From the IMG/VR virus record IMGVR_UViG_3300032092_000001: DNA of 64,000 nucleotides; one strand, 5' to 3'. Source of the stretch: a virus (lineage: Duplodnaviria; Caudoviricetes). Below the pieces are notes generated by a model, which searched no databases, was not told the origin of the DNA, and saw only the letters and a list, made by a program, of their open reading frames with translations. Shown in pieces: positions 18,916 to 28,705 of the stretch (its first letter is position 1; the number at the start of each line of letters is the position of its first letter). The position numbers and the translations under genes are program-made.

Positions 18916-18996
18916 TTTAACATTTTACATTAAAAATATTAAAATAAGTTTTAAATTAAACACATCAAACAAGTTTTTATTTTAAACAATTAAAAT

Positions 18997-21900
18997 TTAT
19001 TGGCGACAAGGTTGATTTAATGAGAACATGTTGATTCTGCTTACACCTCCATTAGTAAATGATATATCACCAACAAATATTATGTTATTTTGACTTTCTA
19101 TAACGTATATTGAGGTATCTCCTTGGGATGTGTTATATCTATTGTTGTCTGCACCGGTTGTATTATTTACCACAAACCAACCTCCTGTACCCGCACCATT
19201 ATAGATATTAAAATCGCCAGCAATTAAATAATCGCCACTACTTAGTTGTAAAACTTTGTTAATCTGAGCAGTGTTTCCTGATACGTAATAAGTTCCAAAT
19301 GTGTTGTCAATGGTTCCAGTATTGTCAAATTTAACATATTGGTACGGCCAACCTGCTCCAAACGCACCCCCCATTAAATAATTTCCATCACTATCAGCAA
19401 TAATTGTTGTTGGATTGTAAGGTGTACTACCTGTAAATGATGGGTCAATTATAAACGTGTCCAAATATATACAAGCGTAACCCCTACCACCGCATAAGTC
19501 ACCATTACCATCAGTAAAGTCAAGAAAATCACCAACAAAAACTAACTGATTATAAGTAGGATTAATTACAAAATCAGAGAAAGTTCTATTTGTACCTGAA
19601 TATTCCAAATCAATTCCCATTAACACATTACCTGATGTGTCATATTTTAACAATCTTGAGGTTGTTCCAATTCTATTTAGAGCAACATAAATCTCATCAT
19701 TGTATATCTCAACTTTACTAATTGAATTACCTGAAATTATGGGTCCAAATATGTTAAACGATGAGTCAAAAGTCCATCCACCTAATCCATCACTTAAATA
19801 TCTACCAAGGGAACCATAATTAGGGCGACTATCAAATCCGGTAAATTCACCCGCAACATAGACATCATTAGTAGTTGAATCTTGACTAATTGATAGTACG
19901 GAACCTCCAACCGGATACCTGTCTAAAACATTTAATATTCTGTTATCATTATCAATTATTGCCAAATAATCATTTGATTTAGTATCAAAATTACCCCCAA
20001 CCCAATATTGGATTGTTGCGGACACTGGTTCATTTACGGCTTTAATTGTGTAATTGATACCAGAGTCAACGGTAAACCCTGTAAAAGAAGTATTTAAAAT
20101 TCCGCATGGACCCAATGAGGTAGTTGTTTGTGTAGGTGTTGGTGTTGGAGTATTTGTAGAAGTCATTGTTTGAGTAACTGTTGGAGTAGGTGTTTTAGTA
20201 CTTGTAGGTGTAATTGTGTTTGTAACCGAAGGAGTTGGGGTCGGGGTTGTTATTGGCGTTGGGGTATCACAAGAGCTAACAATTAAAATAGTGTATGCAG
20301 GCATTGAGAATACAGGTATTGTAACATTAGTGTATGGACTTGTTACATTACCAATTGATATTGGAGTGTTAGTGTTGTTTGTTATTGTAAATTGATTACC
20401 GCTACAAACAGTTGGGGTTGGCTGCCCTTCACAATAATTTAAAGCAGTAATAACCCCAATTGAGTTGGTAGTAAAATTAAAGGTGTCCGCAGTTGTTGTA
20501 TAGTTTACGGTTAAGTTATTTATTAACTCACCATTTAAATACCTCACAACGACTCCGTTAGTTAATGTATTGGCGGTAGATATTGTTAGACCACTTAAAA
20601 TTGGGTTACATGTTGAAATATTTGAAAAATCACTCCATATACCATAATAAGTTCTAAGTTGAATTGAATCTGTAGTTGGAGTTGGTGTTTTAGTACTTGT
20701 AGGTGTAATTGTATTTGTTACTGAAGGTGTCGGTGTTTTGGTATTTGTAGGAGTTAATGTTGGAGTTGGGGTTGGAGTTGGGGTTGGAGGTATTAAGTTT
20801 TTAACCTGTTGATACCCGTAAATAGTATACCCAATTAAGTTAATTCCATTTTTAGAAGTCCCTGACCAAGAATTATATACCGATAAGAAATTATTATACG
20901 CAGTTTCAAATGTATTATTTTGGAAATATGAATTCATATAAGAACTTCCTCCATGATATATTATTGCAACGTCCGCAACAGTTGATGCAGAAATTGCAGA
21001 ATCACCGATTAATGTTAATTCATCAACAATTCTATTAAACCCGTAATTTGTACTTCCTGTAAATTGATTTGTGGTTAGATAACATGCTAATAATATTCTA
21101 TCTAAATTACCAACTAAAAAGTCAGAAACTTGACTTTGGGTATTTGCCGATGTTGGGTCCTCAATTTGACCAATATACGTATCAAATTTAGTTGTAGTAC
21201 CCGATATTGTCTGATTAACTTGGTTTACGTACACTTTCCAAGTATTAAATTGGACAGTCCCCGCATTTGGGTAATTCCAAAACTCATTCTCTAAATTGAA
21301 ATAATCATACTTTTGAGAGTTGGTTGTACAACCTGTGTTATAACTTAATCTTGAGTTTGAAAGTGAACTAATTAAAGAATTAGAACTTCCTCCAATACCC
21401 CCAATAATATCTACTCCGTAATATCTAACATTAGTATTAAATGCCCTTACCGCAGTTCTACCTGAACTTGTTGATAATATCCCATTTAAATCATAACAAT
21501 AGATTGTATTGAATCCTTGTGATTGGATAAAGTTATAAAGTGTTATTTCTTCAGTATTATTACCAATAATTGTATTAAAATCATTGATATATAACGCTCT
21601 AACTAAATCTAAAGGAGTACTTGTTGATGACGGAGTCACTGTTGGTGTAGGTGTTGCAGTTGGGGTTGGATTAGAAGTAGTTGTAGGAGTGATTGACGGT
21701 GTTGGAGTATTTGTTGCGGTTGGTGTTGGCGTTGGAGTCCTTGTTTGTGATGGTGTCGGTGGTATAACCTCAAATATTAACTTGGTATCACCAGTTTGAT
21801 TAAATCCTGAAAGATTTAATCCAAATTCCCCATTAAATAAGTTATAATCAACATCATATACTTGTGTAGTAGACGCTGAGAATGAACCAGGTGGTATGTT

Positions 21901-24144
21901 TAATACCGACGTACCTGTATATGTTATTCCTGATATGGTATTAATTGAACCACTAAACGTTACGTCAAAATTAATTGGGAACACAATATCTGAAACAACT
22001 GTGTAGTTCGCAATAACAGAGCCTGGTTCAAAATCAACTGTAATATCTAAGTCAACTCCTGTAATTGTATCAATATACAAACTCAAAGTTTGGTCTATGT
22101 CAGGGAAATAAAAATAATAAGTACCATTACCATCATTTGTTGGACTATACGAATATGGGAATTCGTTATTTTCACTTTGTCCTACTCTATATATTTCACC
22201 ATTGGGTAAAGCTGAGAAATCAAATGTATAACCTGATAATAACTCAGAATCAAATATTATTGTATTATCACTTACAGTAAAAGATATGTCATTAACCAAT
22301 GTATCGTCACAACTAGGACATCTATGGTTAAACATATTAAACTTATTTACATTAAGTTCAAAGTTATGAACCACTTCAGGATAACTAATTGGTTTAGTAT
22401 ACATTCTAAATTGTGAGATAGCCCCATCAAATGTGCCGGCAAATGTTGGTTCTAATAATATGTCAGTTGTCAATCCTGAATATGATGAATTTTCTAATAA
22501 CCAATCAGGCATAACCTGAGGTACTTGTACGTAGTCAGTTGTACCGGCTGAGAATGATAAACTTTCTCTTAATCCTTGTGTTCCACCTCCCCAAGAAATA
22601 TTAAACGGTGCTCCGATTTGTTTTTCTTTTTCAGTGTGTAACGCTCTTGGGATTACTTCTTCAAACCCATTGATTACAAAAAACAATCTACCATTAATGT
22701 AAATTTTAAGAGAACCTAATCTAAAATCTTTCTCAACTATCCACGCTTCATTAATTCCCAATACTGTAACACTCTGGTCACAATATCCCGGAGTCTTACC
22801 TGAGGTGTTAATTAATTCCAAATCAGGTAATACGTACGTATCATTAGTTATTGAGCCCAACCCTCCAAATTTTTCAATGTCGGCATCGTCATAAAAATTA
22901 TTTCTCTCCCATATGCAGTCAACTTGGAACCAGTGTTCTTTATTTAGATAATCAGGATTTTCTTCTGCACAATAATCAAATATTTTATTTGTTGAACAAT
23001 ACTCCTCAATTGTATATCCACTCAATATCTTTGTTAAATCAGTCTCACATGGTAAAATACCATCAACAGTTGTTGTTGCAGTAACAGTTTCAACAATGGT
23101 TTGCGCGGTGAGTTTTAAAACTTTAACACAAACATTTGGATTTGACATATCCCCTTTTAACCTTAATGCGAAGTTATTTGACATTGAGTCCAATAACGGA
23201 GTACCACTAACACTCATACTAAATGTTCCTGCAGTGCTTGCAGTTAAAACAACCTCACTTGGATTAAATTTTGTGGTTTGGGTGTAAACATCCACACATC
23301 TTGAATTTGTATTGCCCGTTTCAGAACAACTGCAACTAGTTATACCTGTTAAACTACTATCATTATAATAGAACTTGTTTTCCGCTCTGGCACCAAAATA
23401 GAAAAATATGTTTGAATTATCAGGATAAACATCATTTAATGTGACCTGACCTGGCTCAGGAGAATACTGATTTTGTTGACGAGCTTTTAATATCATTTCA
23501 ACCGACCATCCTTTGTTAGTTCGGTTCGGAAATGCTTCGTAATCGTATCCAAATAATTGGAAGAACCCTTGGTAAAACCCTCCATACAAATGATGGTATT
23601 CCCCAAATATATTACTATTTTTTGAAACCACTTCATATACTGTTTGAGCAGTATTCGCCGAAAATCTGACATTTGGAGAGTTAGTATACCCAGTTACTTG
23701 AAATAATTTTAATCTTCTATCAAATGTGTATCTATCAAATGCTAACGCAGAATTTGTTAATCCATTAGTGTATGAAATTGTCATACCTGTCATTTCAGGT
23801 ACTAATCCATTATCAATCCCTGTTAACCCAATATCGCACAATGTTTGAGCAGTAATTAAATATAAATTTTCATTGTTTGGATTATAATAATTCTTTGAAA
23901 TTAGAGTATTTCCAGAATTAAACGTTCCGTAATTTAAATCCAATTTTTGGTTGCAATAATATGAATCCAAATCAAAATAGATTGGTAAAACATTTCCATC
24001 GTTTTCACCAATGATATAGGGGGATAAAGCAACCTCTTCATTAAAACTTTTCTCATCTGAGGCAATTGACACATCAAATAATCTTGGGACAGATTTGACA
24101 TACCATTTCTTAAAATTATATTGATTAATATTCTGTTGGGTCAT
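18997..24144 (-). CDS. 1715-aa modular virion-type protein: LamG-like N-region, mucin-like Thr/Pro linkers, TIM-barrel glycoside-hydrolase-like domain, C-terminal beta-propeller-like repeats
   Basis: LKIYINGRL...FDGAISQFRMYTKPIS (LamG-like); three TP tracts; YDYFNLENEFW; GGxF / D-x-T-F repeats at the C-terminus. Confidence 0.6.
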   Translation of the reverse strand: MTQQNINQYNFKKWYVKSVPRLFDVSIASDEKSFNEEVALSPYIIGENDGNVLPIYFDLDSYYCNQKLDLNYGTFNSGNTLISKNYYNPNNENLYLITAQTLCDIGLTGIDNGLVPEMTGMTISYTNGLTNSALAFDRYTFDRRLKLFQVTGYTNSPNVRFSANTAQTVYEVVSKNSNIFGEYHHLYGGFYQGFFQLFGYDYEAFPNRTNKGWSVEMILKARQQNQYSPEPGQVTLNDVYPDNSNIFFYFGARAENKFYYNDSSLTGITSCSCSETGNTNSRCVDVYTQTTKFNPSEVVLTASTAGTFSMSVSGTPLLDSMSNNFALRLKGDMSNPNVCVKVLKLTAQTIVETVTATTTVDGILPCETDLTKILSGYTIEEYCSTNKIFDYCAEENPDYLNKEHWFQVDCIWERNNFYDDADIEKFGGLGSITNDTYVLPDLELINTSGKTPGYCDQSVTVLGINEAWIVEKDFRLGSLKIYINGRLFFVINGFEEVIPRALHTEKEKQIGAPFNISWGGGTQGLRESLSFSAGTTDYVQVPQVMPDWLLENSSYSGLTTDILLEPTFAGTFDGAISQFRMYTKPISYPEVVHNFELNVNKFNMFNHRCPSCDDTLVNDISFTVSDNTIIFDSELLSGYTFDFSALPNGEIYRVGQSENNEFPYSYSPTNDGNGTYYFYFPDIDQTLSLYIDTITGVDLDITVDFEPGSVIANYTVVSDIVFPINFDVTFSGSINTISGITYTGTSVLNIPPGSFSASTTQVYDVDYNLFNGEFGLNLSGFNQTGDTKLIFEVIPPTPSQTRTPTPTPTATNTPTPSITPTTTSNPTPTATPTPTVTPSSTSTPLDLVRALYINDFNTIIGNNTEEITLYNFIQSQGFNTIYCYDLNGILSTSSGRTAVRAFNTNVRYYGVDIIGGIGGSSNSLISSLSNSRLSYNTGCTTNSQKYDYFNLENEFWNYPNAGTVQFNTWKVYVNQVNQTISGTTTKFDTYIGQIEDPTSANTQSQVSDFLVGNLDRILLACYLTTNQFTGSTNYGFNRIVDELTLIGDSAISASTVADVAIIYHGGSSYMNSYFQNNTFETAYNNFLSVYNSWSGTSKNGINLIGYTIYGYQQVKNLIPPTPTPTPTPTLTPTNTKTPTPSVTNTITPTSTKTPTPTTDSIQLRTYYGIWSDFSNISTCNPILSGLTISTANTLTNGVVVRYLNGELINNLTVNYTTTADTFNFTTNSIGVITALNYCEGQPTPTVCSGNQFTITNNTNTPISIGNVTSPYTNVTIPVFSMPAYTILIVSSCDTPTPITTPTPTPSVTNTITPTSTKTPTPTVTQTMTSTNTPTPTPTQTTTSLGPCGILNTSFTGFTVDSGINYTIKAVNEPVSATIQYWVGGNFDTKSNDYLAIIDNDNRILNVLDRYPVGGSVLSISQDSTTNDVYVAGEFTGFDSRPNYGSLGRYLSDGLGGWTFDSSFNIFGPIISGNSISKVEIYNDEIYVALNRIGTTSRLLKYDTSGNVLMGIDLEYSGTNRTFSDFVINPTYNQLVFVGDFLDFTDGNGDLCGGRGYACIYLDTFIIDPSFTGSTPYNPTTIIADSDGNYLMGGAFGAGWPYQYVKFDNTGTIDNTFGTYYVSGNTAQINKVLQLSSGDYLIAGDFNIYNGAGTGGWFVVNNTTGADNNRYNTSQGDTSIYVIESQNNIIFVGDISFTNGGVSRINMFSLNQPCRQ
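20110..21773 (-). repeat. three Thr/Pro-rich (TP)n tracts at about 21613-21773, 20671-20790 and 20110-20265
   Basis: For example TPTPTPTATNTPTPSITPTTTSNPTPTATPTPTVTP; the 21-mer TPTPSVTNTITPTSTKTPTPT is present in two tracts. Confidence 0.9.
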
Positions 24145-24151
24145 TTGTATG

Positions 24152-24158
24152 ATAAATA
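24152..24158 (-). promoter_or_regulatory. putative late promoter TATTTAT (leftward of a divergent pair)
   Basis: 7 nt before the ATG at 24144. Confidence 0.65.
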
Positions 24159-24170
24159 GTTAAATAGGAG

Positions 24171-24177
24171 TATTTAT
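24171..24177 (+). promoter_or_regulatory. putative late promoter TATTTAT (rightward of a divergent pair)
   Basis: 14 nt before the ATG at 24192. Confidence 0.65.
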
Positions 24178-24191
24178 ATATAAAAACTAAA

Positions 24192-25022
24192 ATGGATTTT
24201 TCAAAAGAGTATTTTAATTCTCCGTACTACTTCTACATTAAGGAGGGTAAGAATGATATTTACGTATATTTTAATGTTAGTAATACTTTAACTGAAGCAA
24301 GAAAAAAAGATGAAGTGGTGAAATTTGATAAAAAATATAAAAAGGAAGTTGAGGGGGAGTTATCAAAAATTCAAAAAGATAAAAAGTTGAAAACAACAAA
24401 AGATGTTAAAAACAAATTATCTAAAAAGAAAAATGAATTAGAGGAGTTAGTGGATTACGATGGAACATTTTTAAGTTCTAAAATACCAATTCACAATCCT
24501 TATTTATCACCAAAGGGCACTACGGACCAAGAAATTGTAATGAATAGACAAACTAATAATCCTGTAACAAGAGGATATAGAGTTTATTGGGGTGAGGGTA
24601 CTGAAAATGAAGAAGATGTTATTAGTGAGATTGATTTCTCAGACGCATTTGGGTATGAGGAAACAGAAGATAAAGATTATAAAGACACTGTAAAAACACT
24701 TAAAGATATGGGTGTTGAGAATGCGCCTGAAAGAGCCAAGGAATTTGGTAAAATACCAAAAGTGAAAAAGCATAATGGTAAATTAAAACAAAGATTGTCA
24801 GAGAAGGAACAAATTGAAGAGACTAAAAAAGAAAAGATGAAGAAAATGGTTGAGGATATTGTTTTAAATAAAAAATCTTCAAACAAAGACATAGGTAAAA
24901 AAAATACAAATAAAGGATTAAGTAAAATTCTTTCAAAAAATATTGAAAACATTAAAAAATTGGCAGATAAAGAGGGTATCAAAATAACTGATTTAATTAA
25001 AATTTTGAAAGGAAGTGAATAG
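24192..25022 (+). CDS. hypothetical K/E-rich protein, possible internal head protein
   Basis: 276 aa, late motif upstream, LTE|A and ISE sites. Confidence 0.5.
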   Translation: MDFSKEYFNSPYYFYIKEGKNDIYVYFNVSNTLTEARKKDEVVKFDKKYKKEVEGELSKIQKDKKLKTTKDVKNKLSKKKNELEELVDYDGTFLSSKIPIHNPYLSPKGTTDQEIVMNRQTNNPVTRGYRVYWGEGTENEEDVISEIDFSDAFGYEETEDKDYKDTVKTLKDMGVENAPERAKEFGKIPKVKKHNGKLKQRLSEKEQIEETKKEKMKKMVEDIVLNKKSSNKDIGKKNTNKGLSKILSKNIENIKKLADKEGIKITDLIKILKGSE

Positions 25023-25428
25023 TAAATTATACGGAAAAACTTACGAAATCCCAAGTGATGTTTTGTCAAAACTTGAACCATTCAAGTCTGAAAAAACTAT
25101 TGCGAATTTATTATCTAAGGGTACCATCACATATCAGAATATTAAAAAGATTATTCATGATATGGAAAATGGAGAATTGGATAAATTAGGTGGAAATGAC
25201 TTTAAATCTTGGTTAGACCTAACTCTTACGTCTGATAAAGACAGAGTTCATGGTTCTAAAGAAATTAGAAAAAATGGTGGAATGGAAAACCAATTCATCA
25301 AACCACACGAGAAAAAAGAAGTTAATGTACGACCAAGTCAAAGACATGAAAAATCAATAAACAAATACGATAGCTCGGTTATTGAGAGTTTACAAAGAAT
25401 AAACGAAATAATGAAAAAAACATTATAA
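25015..25428 (+). CDS. hypothetical protein
   Basis: 137 aa, overlaps the previous stop by 8 nt. Confidence 0.55.
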   Translation: MNSKLYGKTYEIPSDVLSKLEPFKSEKTIANLLSKGTITYQNIKKIIHDMENGELDKLGGNDFKSWLDLTLTSDKDRVHGSKEIRKNGGMENQFIKPHEKKEVNVRPSQRHEKSINKYDSSVIESLQRINEIMKKTL

Positions 25429-25430
25429 TT

Positions 25431-25721
25431 ATGGCACAATACGAACCTTTAAATTACGAACAACCTGAAAATAAATTAACAGCAATTGCTGATAAGATTA
25501 GAAAGGATTTGATTACTAAAAATGATTTCACTCAAAGAAAAAATGAATATGGAGTCACCAACTCAGACGCAATTTCTGACGGAGACTTACAAGGTAAAGG
25601 TACTGGAATATTCTTAGATACCTTCAATGGTGGTAATTCAGTGGATAAAGTTGAAAGGGTTGATGATATTAAAATTAACCAATATAACTCATCTAAACCT
25701 TACAATATTAATCCCCAGTAA
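25431..25721 (+). CDS. hypothetical small protein
   Basis: 96 aa within a tiled operon. Confidence 0.55.
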   Translation: MAQYEPLNYEQPENKLTAIADKIRKDLITKNDFTQRKNEYGVTNSDAISDGDLQGKGTGIFLDTFNGGNSVDKVERVDDIKINQYNSSKPYNINPQ

Positions 25722-26122
25722 TGAAACTTTACAACGTCATAAAACAACTTATATTTGAAGCAAGTGCTGACGATATTTCTAATTCTATAAGAAATAGAAA
25801 TGTTGTAACCATTTACTACGATGGTGATGACGATGGGAAGTATACTGGTAAAGGATTACGTGTGATTGAACCATTCTGTTACGGTAAATCCAAAAAAGGA
25901 AATATGGTAATTAGAGCGTGGGAAAGAGAAGGGGCATCTTATACAGGTTCAAAAGGAGAACAACCATTACCTGGTTGGAGATTATTTAGGGTTGATAGAA
26001 TTGGTAACTATTCTGTGGACCCAAGAGAAACTTTTAATGAACCTAAACCAAATTATAATCCTGATGACAAAGGTATGGTAGGACTAAAAAAATGTGTAAA
26101 ATTTGATATAGAAAATGAATGA
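25721..26122 (+). CDS. stand-alone WYL-domain protein
   Basis: VTIYY...RVIEPFCYG...VIRAW...GWRLFRVDRI is the WYL signature; no HTH domain. Confidence 0.8.
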   Translation: MKLYNVIKQLIFEASADDISNSIRNRNVVTIYYDGDDDGKYTGKGLRVIEPFCYGKSKKGNMVIRAWEREGASYTGSKGEQPLPGWRLFRVDRIGNYSVDPRETFNEPKPNYNPDDKGMVGLKKCVKFDIENE

Positions 26123-26705
26123 TTTAATGCAAAAATTAATGATATCCAAACAGATAATGGATAGACATGATACTATGGGTAGAGGACAAAATAGTTCGGG
26201 TAACTACAACACTCAGATTTCTGAAAGTACTGTTCCCCAATCATTTAATGAGACTCCAATTCCCGCAACATATAATATACCACAAGAATTTTTACAAACG
26301 ACTCAATCGGTACAACCAAAACAAGTTCCAATAACCGAAGATAGAATTAAAAATTCAAAATTACCAGATGCAATAAAAAAATTGATGATGGAACACCCAA
26401 TACAACAACCTCAATCTTATCAACCAACAATTTCAAATGATATCATTGAGAAAGCATCAAGACTAATGGGTGAAAATAAACAAATTACTCAAACATCTCA
26501 AACAGTTAATACCAAACAACCACAACAATCTTTTGGATTAAGTGCTTCTGATATTAAACAAATTGTTAGAGAGACTGTTGAGGAGGTTTTAACTGAGAAT
26601 GGATTAATGGTGGAATCAACTCAAAAGACTAATGAAACAATGACAATTAGAGTTGGTAAACATATTTTTGAAGGAAAAATATCTAAAATTAAAAAGACAT
26701 CGTAA
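26115..26705 (+). CDS. hypothetical Gln/Pro-rich protein
   Basis: 196 aa, last gene before a terminator. Confidence 0.55.
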   Translation: MNDLMQKLMISKQIMDRHDTMGRGQNSSGNYNTQISESTVPQSFNETPIPATYNIPQEFLQTTQSVQPKQVPITEDRIKNSKLPDAIKKLMMEHPIQQPQSYQPTISNDIIEKASRLMGENKQITQTSQTVNTKQPQQSFGLSASDIKQIVRETVEEVLTENGLMVESTQKTNETMTIRVGKHIFEGKISKIKKTS

Positions 26706-26726
26706 GAAATTACATTTAATTTATTT

Positions 26727-26750
26727 AAAGTCCCTTTTTGGGACTTTTTT
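26727..26750 (+). terminator. intrinsic terminator
   Basis: AAAGTCCC-TTTTT-GGGACTTT followed by a T tract. Confidence 0.8.
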
Positions 26751-26759
26751 ATTTTATAG

Positions 26760-26788
26760 TTGAATTATTAATAGTGTTTAACTATTAT
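26760..26788 (+). promoter_or_regulatory. sigma70-like promoter of the large GT operon
   Basis: TTGAAT, 17 nt, TATTAT; ATG at 26796. Confidence 0.55.
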
Positions 26789-26795
26789 TATTCCT

Positions 26796-28010
26796 ATGAA
26801 AGAAAAAATTAAAGTTTTAGTTATTCCATCAGACACAACAGGTGTTGGTAGATTCCGTTCTATAAATCCACACACGTTTTTGCAAGAAAAATACTTTGAG
26901 GATTTTCACATTGATATTGAATTTAATCCTGATTTAAACAATCTAAATTATTTTAAAGACTATCAAATAATTCATTTCCATCGTTCAGTTGGACCTGATT
27001 TGGACCGTTCAATTCAAGTAATACCTATTCTAAATTCAATGGGGATTATCACTATTTGTGATATTGATGATTATTGGTCTCCAACTAAAGAACATCCTTT
27101 ACATGACATTATTGTTACTCAAAAGATTAACGAGAAGATTGTTGCAAATTTAAAATTAGCAAAGTATGTTACAACAACAACGGAAGTATTTGCGGACGAG
27201 ATTAAAAAAATTAATCCAAATGTCGTAATTTTCCCAAATGCCATTGACCCAACGGAACCTCAGTTTAATGAACAATTAGTTGAGTCTGACAAAGTTAGGG
27301 TTGGTTGGTTAGGTGGCTCAAGTCACTTACATGATTTGAGACTTTTAGACGGAATGGTTGCAAAACTTTCTGACGTTCAAAAAGACATTCAATTTGTTCT
27401 TTGTGGTTTTGATACAAGAGGTATGATGACCGAAATTAATCAACAAACAGGTGAGCAAAAACGTAGACCGATTAAACCTCATGAGACCGTATGGTATGAG
27501 TATGAAAAAATATTCACAAATAACTATTCAATCGTAACACCTGAGTATAAAAAACATTTGGAGTTGTTTAGTCAAACAGAATTCTCAAATGAAATTAATG
27601 AATCGTATTTGAGAGTGTGGACGAAACCTGTTACATCATATGCTCGGAACTATTCAAAATTTGATATATCTTTGGCACCAATTAAACAACATATCTTTAA
27701 TAAGGTTAAATCACAATTAAAGGTAATTGAAGCGGGTTTCTATAAGAAAGCGTTAATTGCAACTGACTTCGGACCATATACCATTGATTTAAAACACGCT
27801 TTAAAGAATGGTGAGTTCACTGATGGTAACGCATTACTTGTTAAAGAAAGTAGAAACCACAGTGATTGGGCTAAGTACATTAAGAAATTGGTACAAAACC
27901 CAAACATGAGAATTGACATGGGTGAGAGACTTTACGAACACGTATCACAAAGATATGATTTAAATATTGTAACAAAAAACAGAGCAGAATTCTATAAATC
28001 AATTGTATGA
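26796..28010 (+). CDS. GT-B (GT4-like) glycosyltransferase
   Basis: ICDIDDYW, RVGWLGGSSH, FNKVKSQLKVIEAGFYKKALIATDFGPY. Confidence 0.8.
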   Translation: MKEKIKVLVIPSDTTGVGRFRSINPHTFLQEKYFEDFHIDIEFNPDLNNLNYFKDYQIIHFHRSVGPDLDRSIQVIPILNSMGIITICDIDDYWSPTKEHPLHDIIVTQKINEKIVANLKLAKYVTTTTEVFADEIKKINPNVVIFPNAIDPTEPQFNEQLVESDKVRVGWLGGSSHLHDLRLLDGMVAKLSDVQKDIQFVLCGFDTRGMMTEINQQTGEQKRRPIKPHETVWYEYEKIFTNNYSIVTPEYKKHLELFSQTEFSNEINESYLRVWTKPVTSYARNYSKFDISLAPIKQHIFNKVKSQLKVIEAGFYKKALIATDFGPYTIDLKHALKNGEFTDGNALLVKESRNHSDWAKYIKKLVQNPNMRIDMGERLYEHVSQRYDLNIVTKNRAEFYKSIV

Positions 28011-28705
28011 TAAAACATCCATTACATAAAATCTTATTCCTTGACATTGAGACCGTCGGAATATCAAGTAATTTTGAAAATTTTCAAAAGGACCATCCTT
28101 CTCTTTCTTACCAATTTGAAAACTATTTGGATTGGTTTAAAAAAAGGTTTCCTGAAGAAGAAAGTAACACAAAGGAACAAATATTTGTTAATAGAGCAGC
28201 TTTGGTGCCTGAGTTTTCAAAAATTGTTTGTGTTTCGGTCGGATTTGTTGACCCAAAAGGTGAAGTTAAGAAACAAACATTCTTTAATTCAGACGAGACT
28301 CAATTATTAAGAGATGTGAACGCTCTTCTAAACCGTGTAGATAAATTAGGGTTTATTTTGTGCGGACATAACTTGAAGAATTTTGATATTCCCGTACTTG
28401 CAAAAAGAATGATGATAAATGGAATTTTACCATCGTCAATTTTACCGACATATGACACAAAACCATGGGAGATTAAAGCAATTGATACAAAAGAGATTTG
28501 GCAATACGGACAATTCGGAGCGATATCGTCACTTGAATTAATGTGTATTTCATTGGGTATTGAAAGTTCAAAAAATATGGAGGTTACTGGCAATAAAGTT
28601 CATGACTCATTTTGGAATGAAAATAAGTACCAAGAAATTCAAGATTATTGTGAGAAAGATGTTGAGGTGTTAATAAATGTTGTTAGTAAATTAGTGTCAT
28701 TATGA
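28007..28705 (+). CDS. DEDD 3'-5' exonuclease, PolB-exonuclease-related
   Basis: LFLDIETV, GHNLKNFDIPVL, YCEKDV. Confidence 0.85.
   Translation: MIKHPLHKILFLDIETVGISSNFENFQKDHPSLSYQFENYLDWFKKRFPEEESNTKEQIFVNRAALVPEFSKIVCVSVGFVDPKGEVKKQTFFNSDETQLLRDVNALLNRVDKLGFILCGHNLKNFDIPVLAKRMMINGILPSSILPTYDTKPWEIKAIDTKEIWQYGQFGAISSLELMCISLGIESSKNMEVTGNKVHDSFWNENKYQEIQDYCEKDVEVLINVVSKLVSL

Noticed and set aside
18916-18996. Independent promoter for the GT60 cluster
   Set aside because: Several weak TTGnnn/TAnnnT fits exist, but the region is nearly pure A/T, so none is distinguishable from background.
20110-21773. Periodic GTTGG/GGAGT repeats as a possible CRISPR array or minisatellite
   Set aside because: In-frame Thr/Pro codon repeats within a CDS; no constant repeat with unique spacers.
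24677-25081. 134-aa minus-strand ORF and other short antisense ORFs (28300, 34297, 39146, 45013, 57080)
   Set aside because: Overlap real genes on the opposite strand; no independent support.
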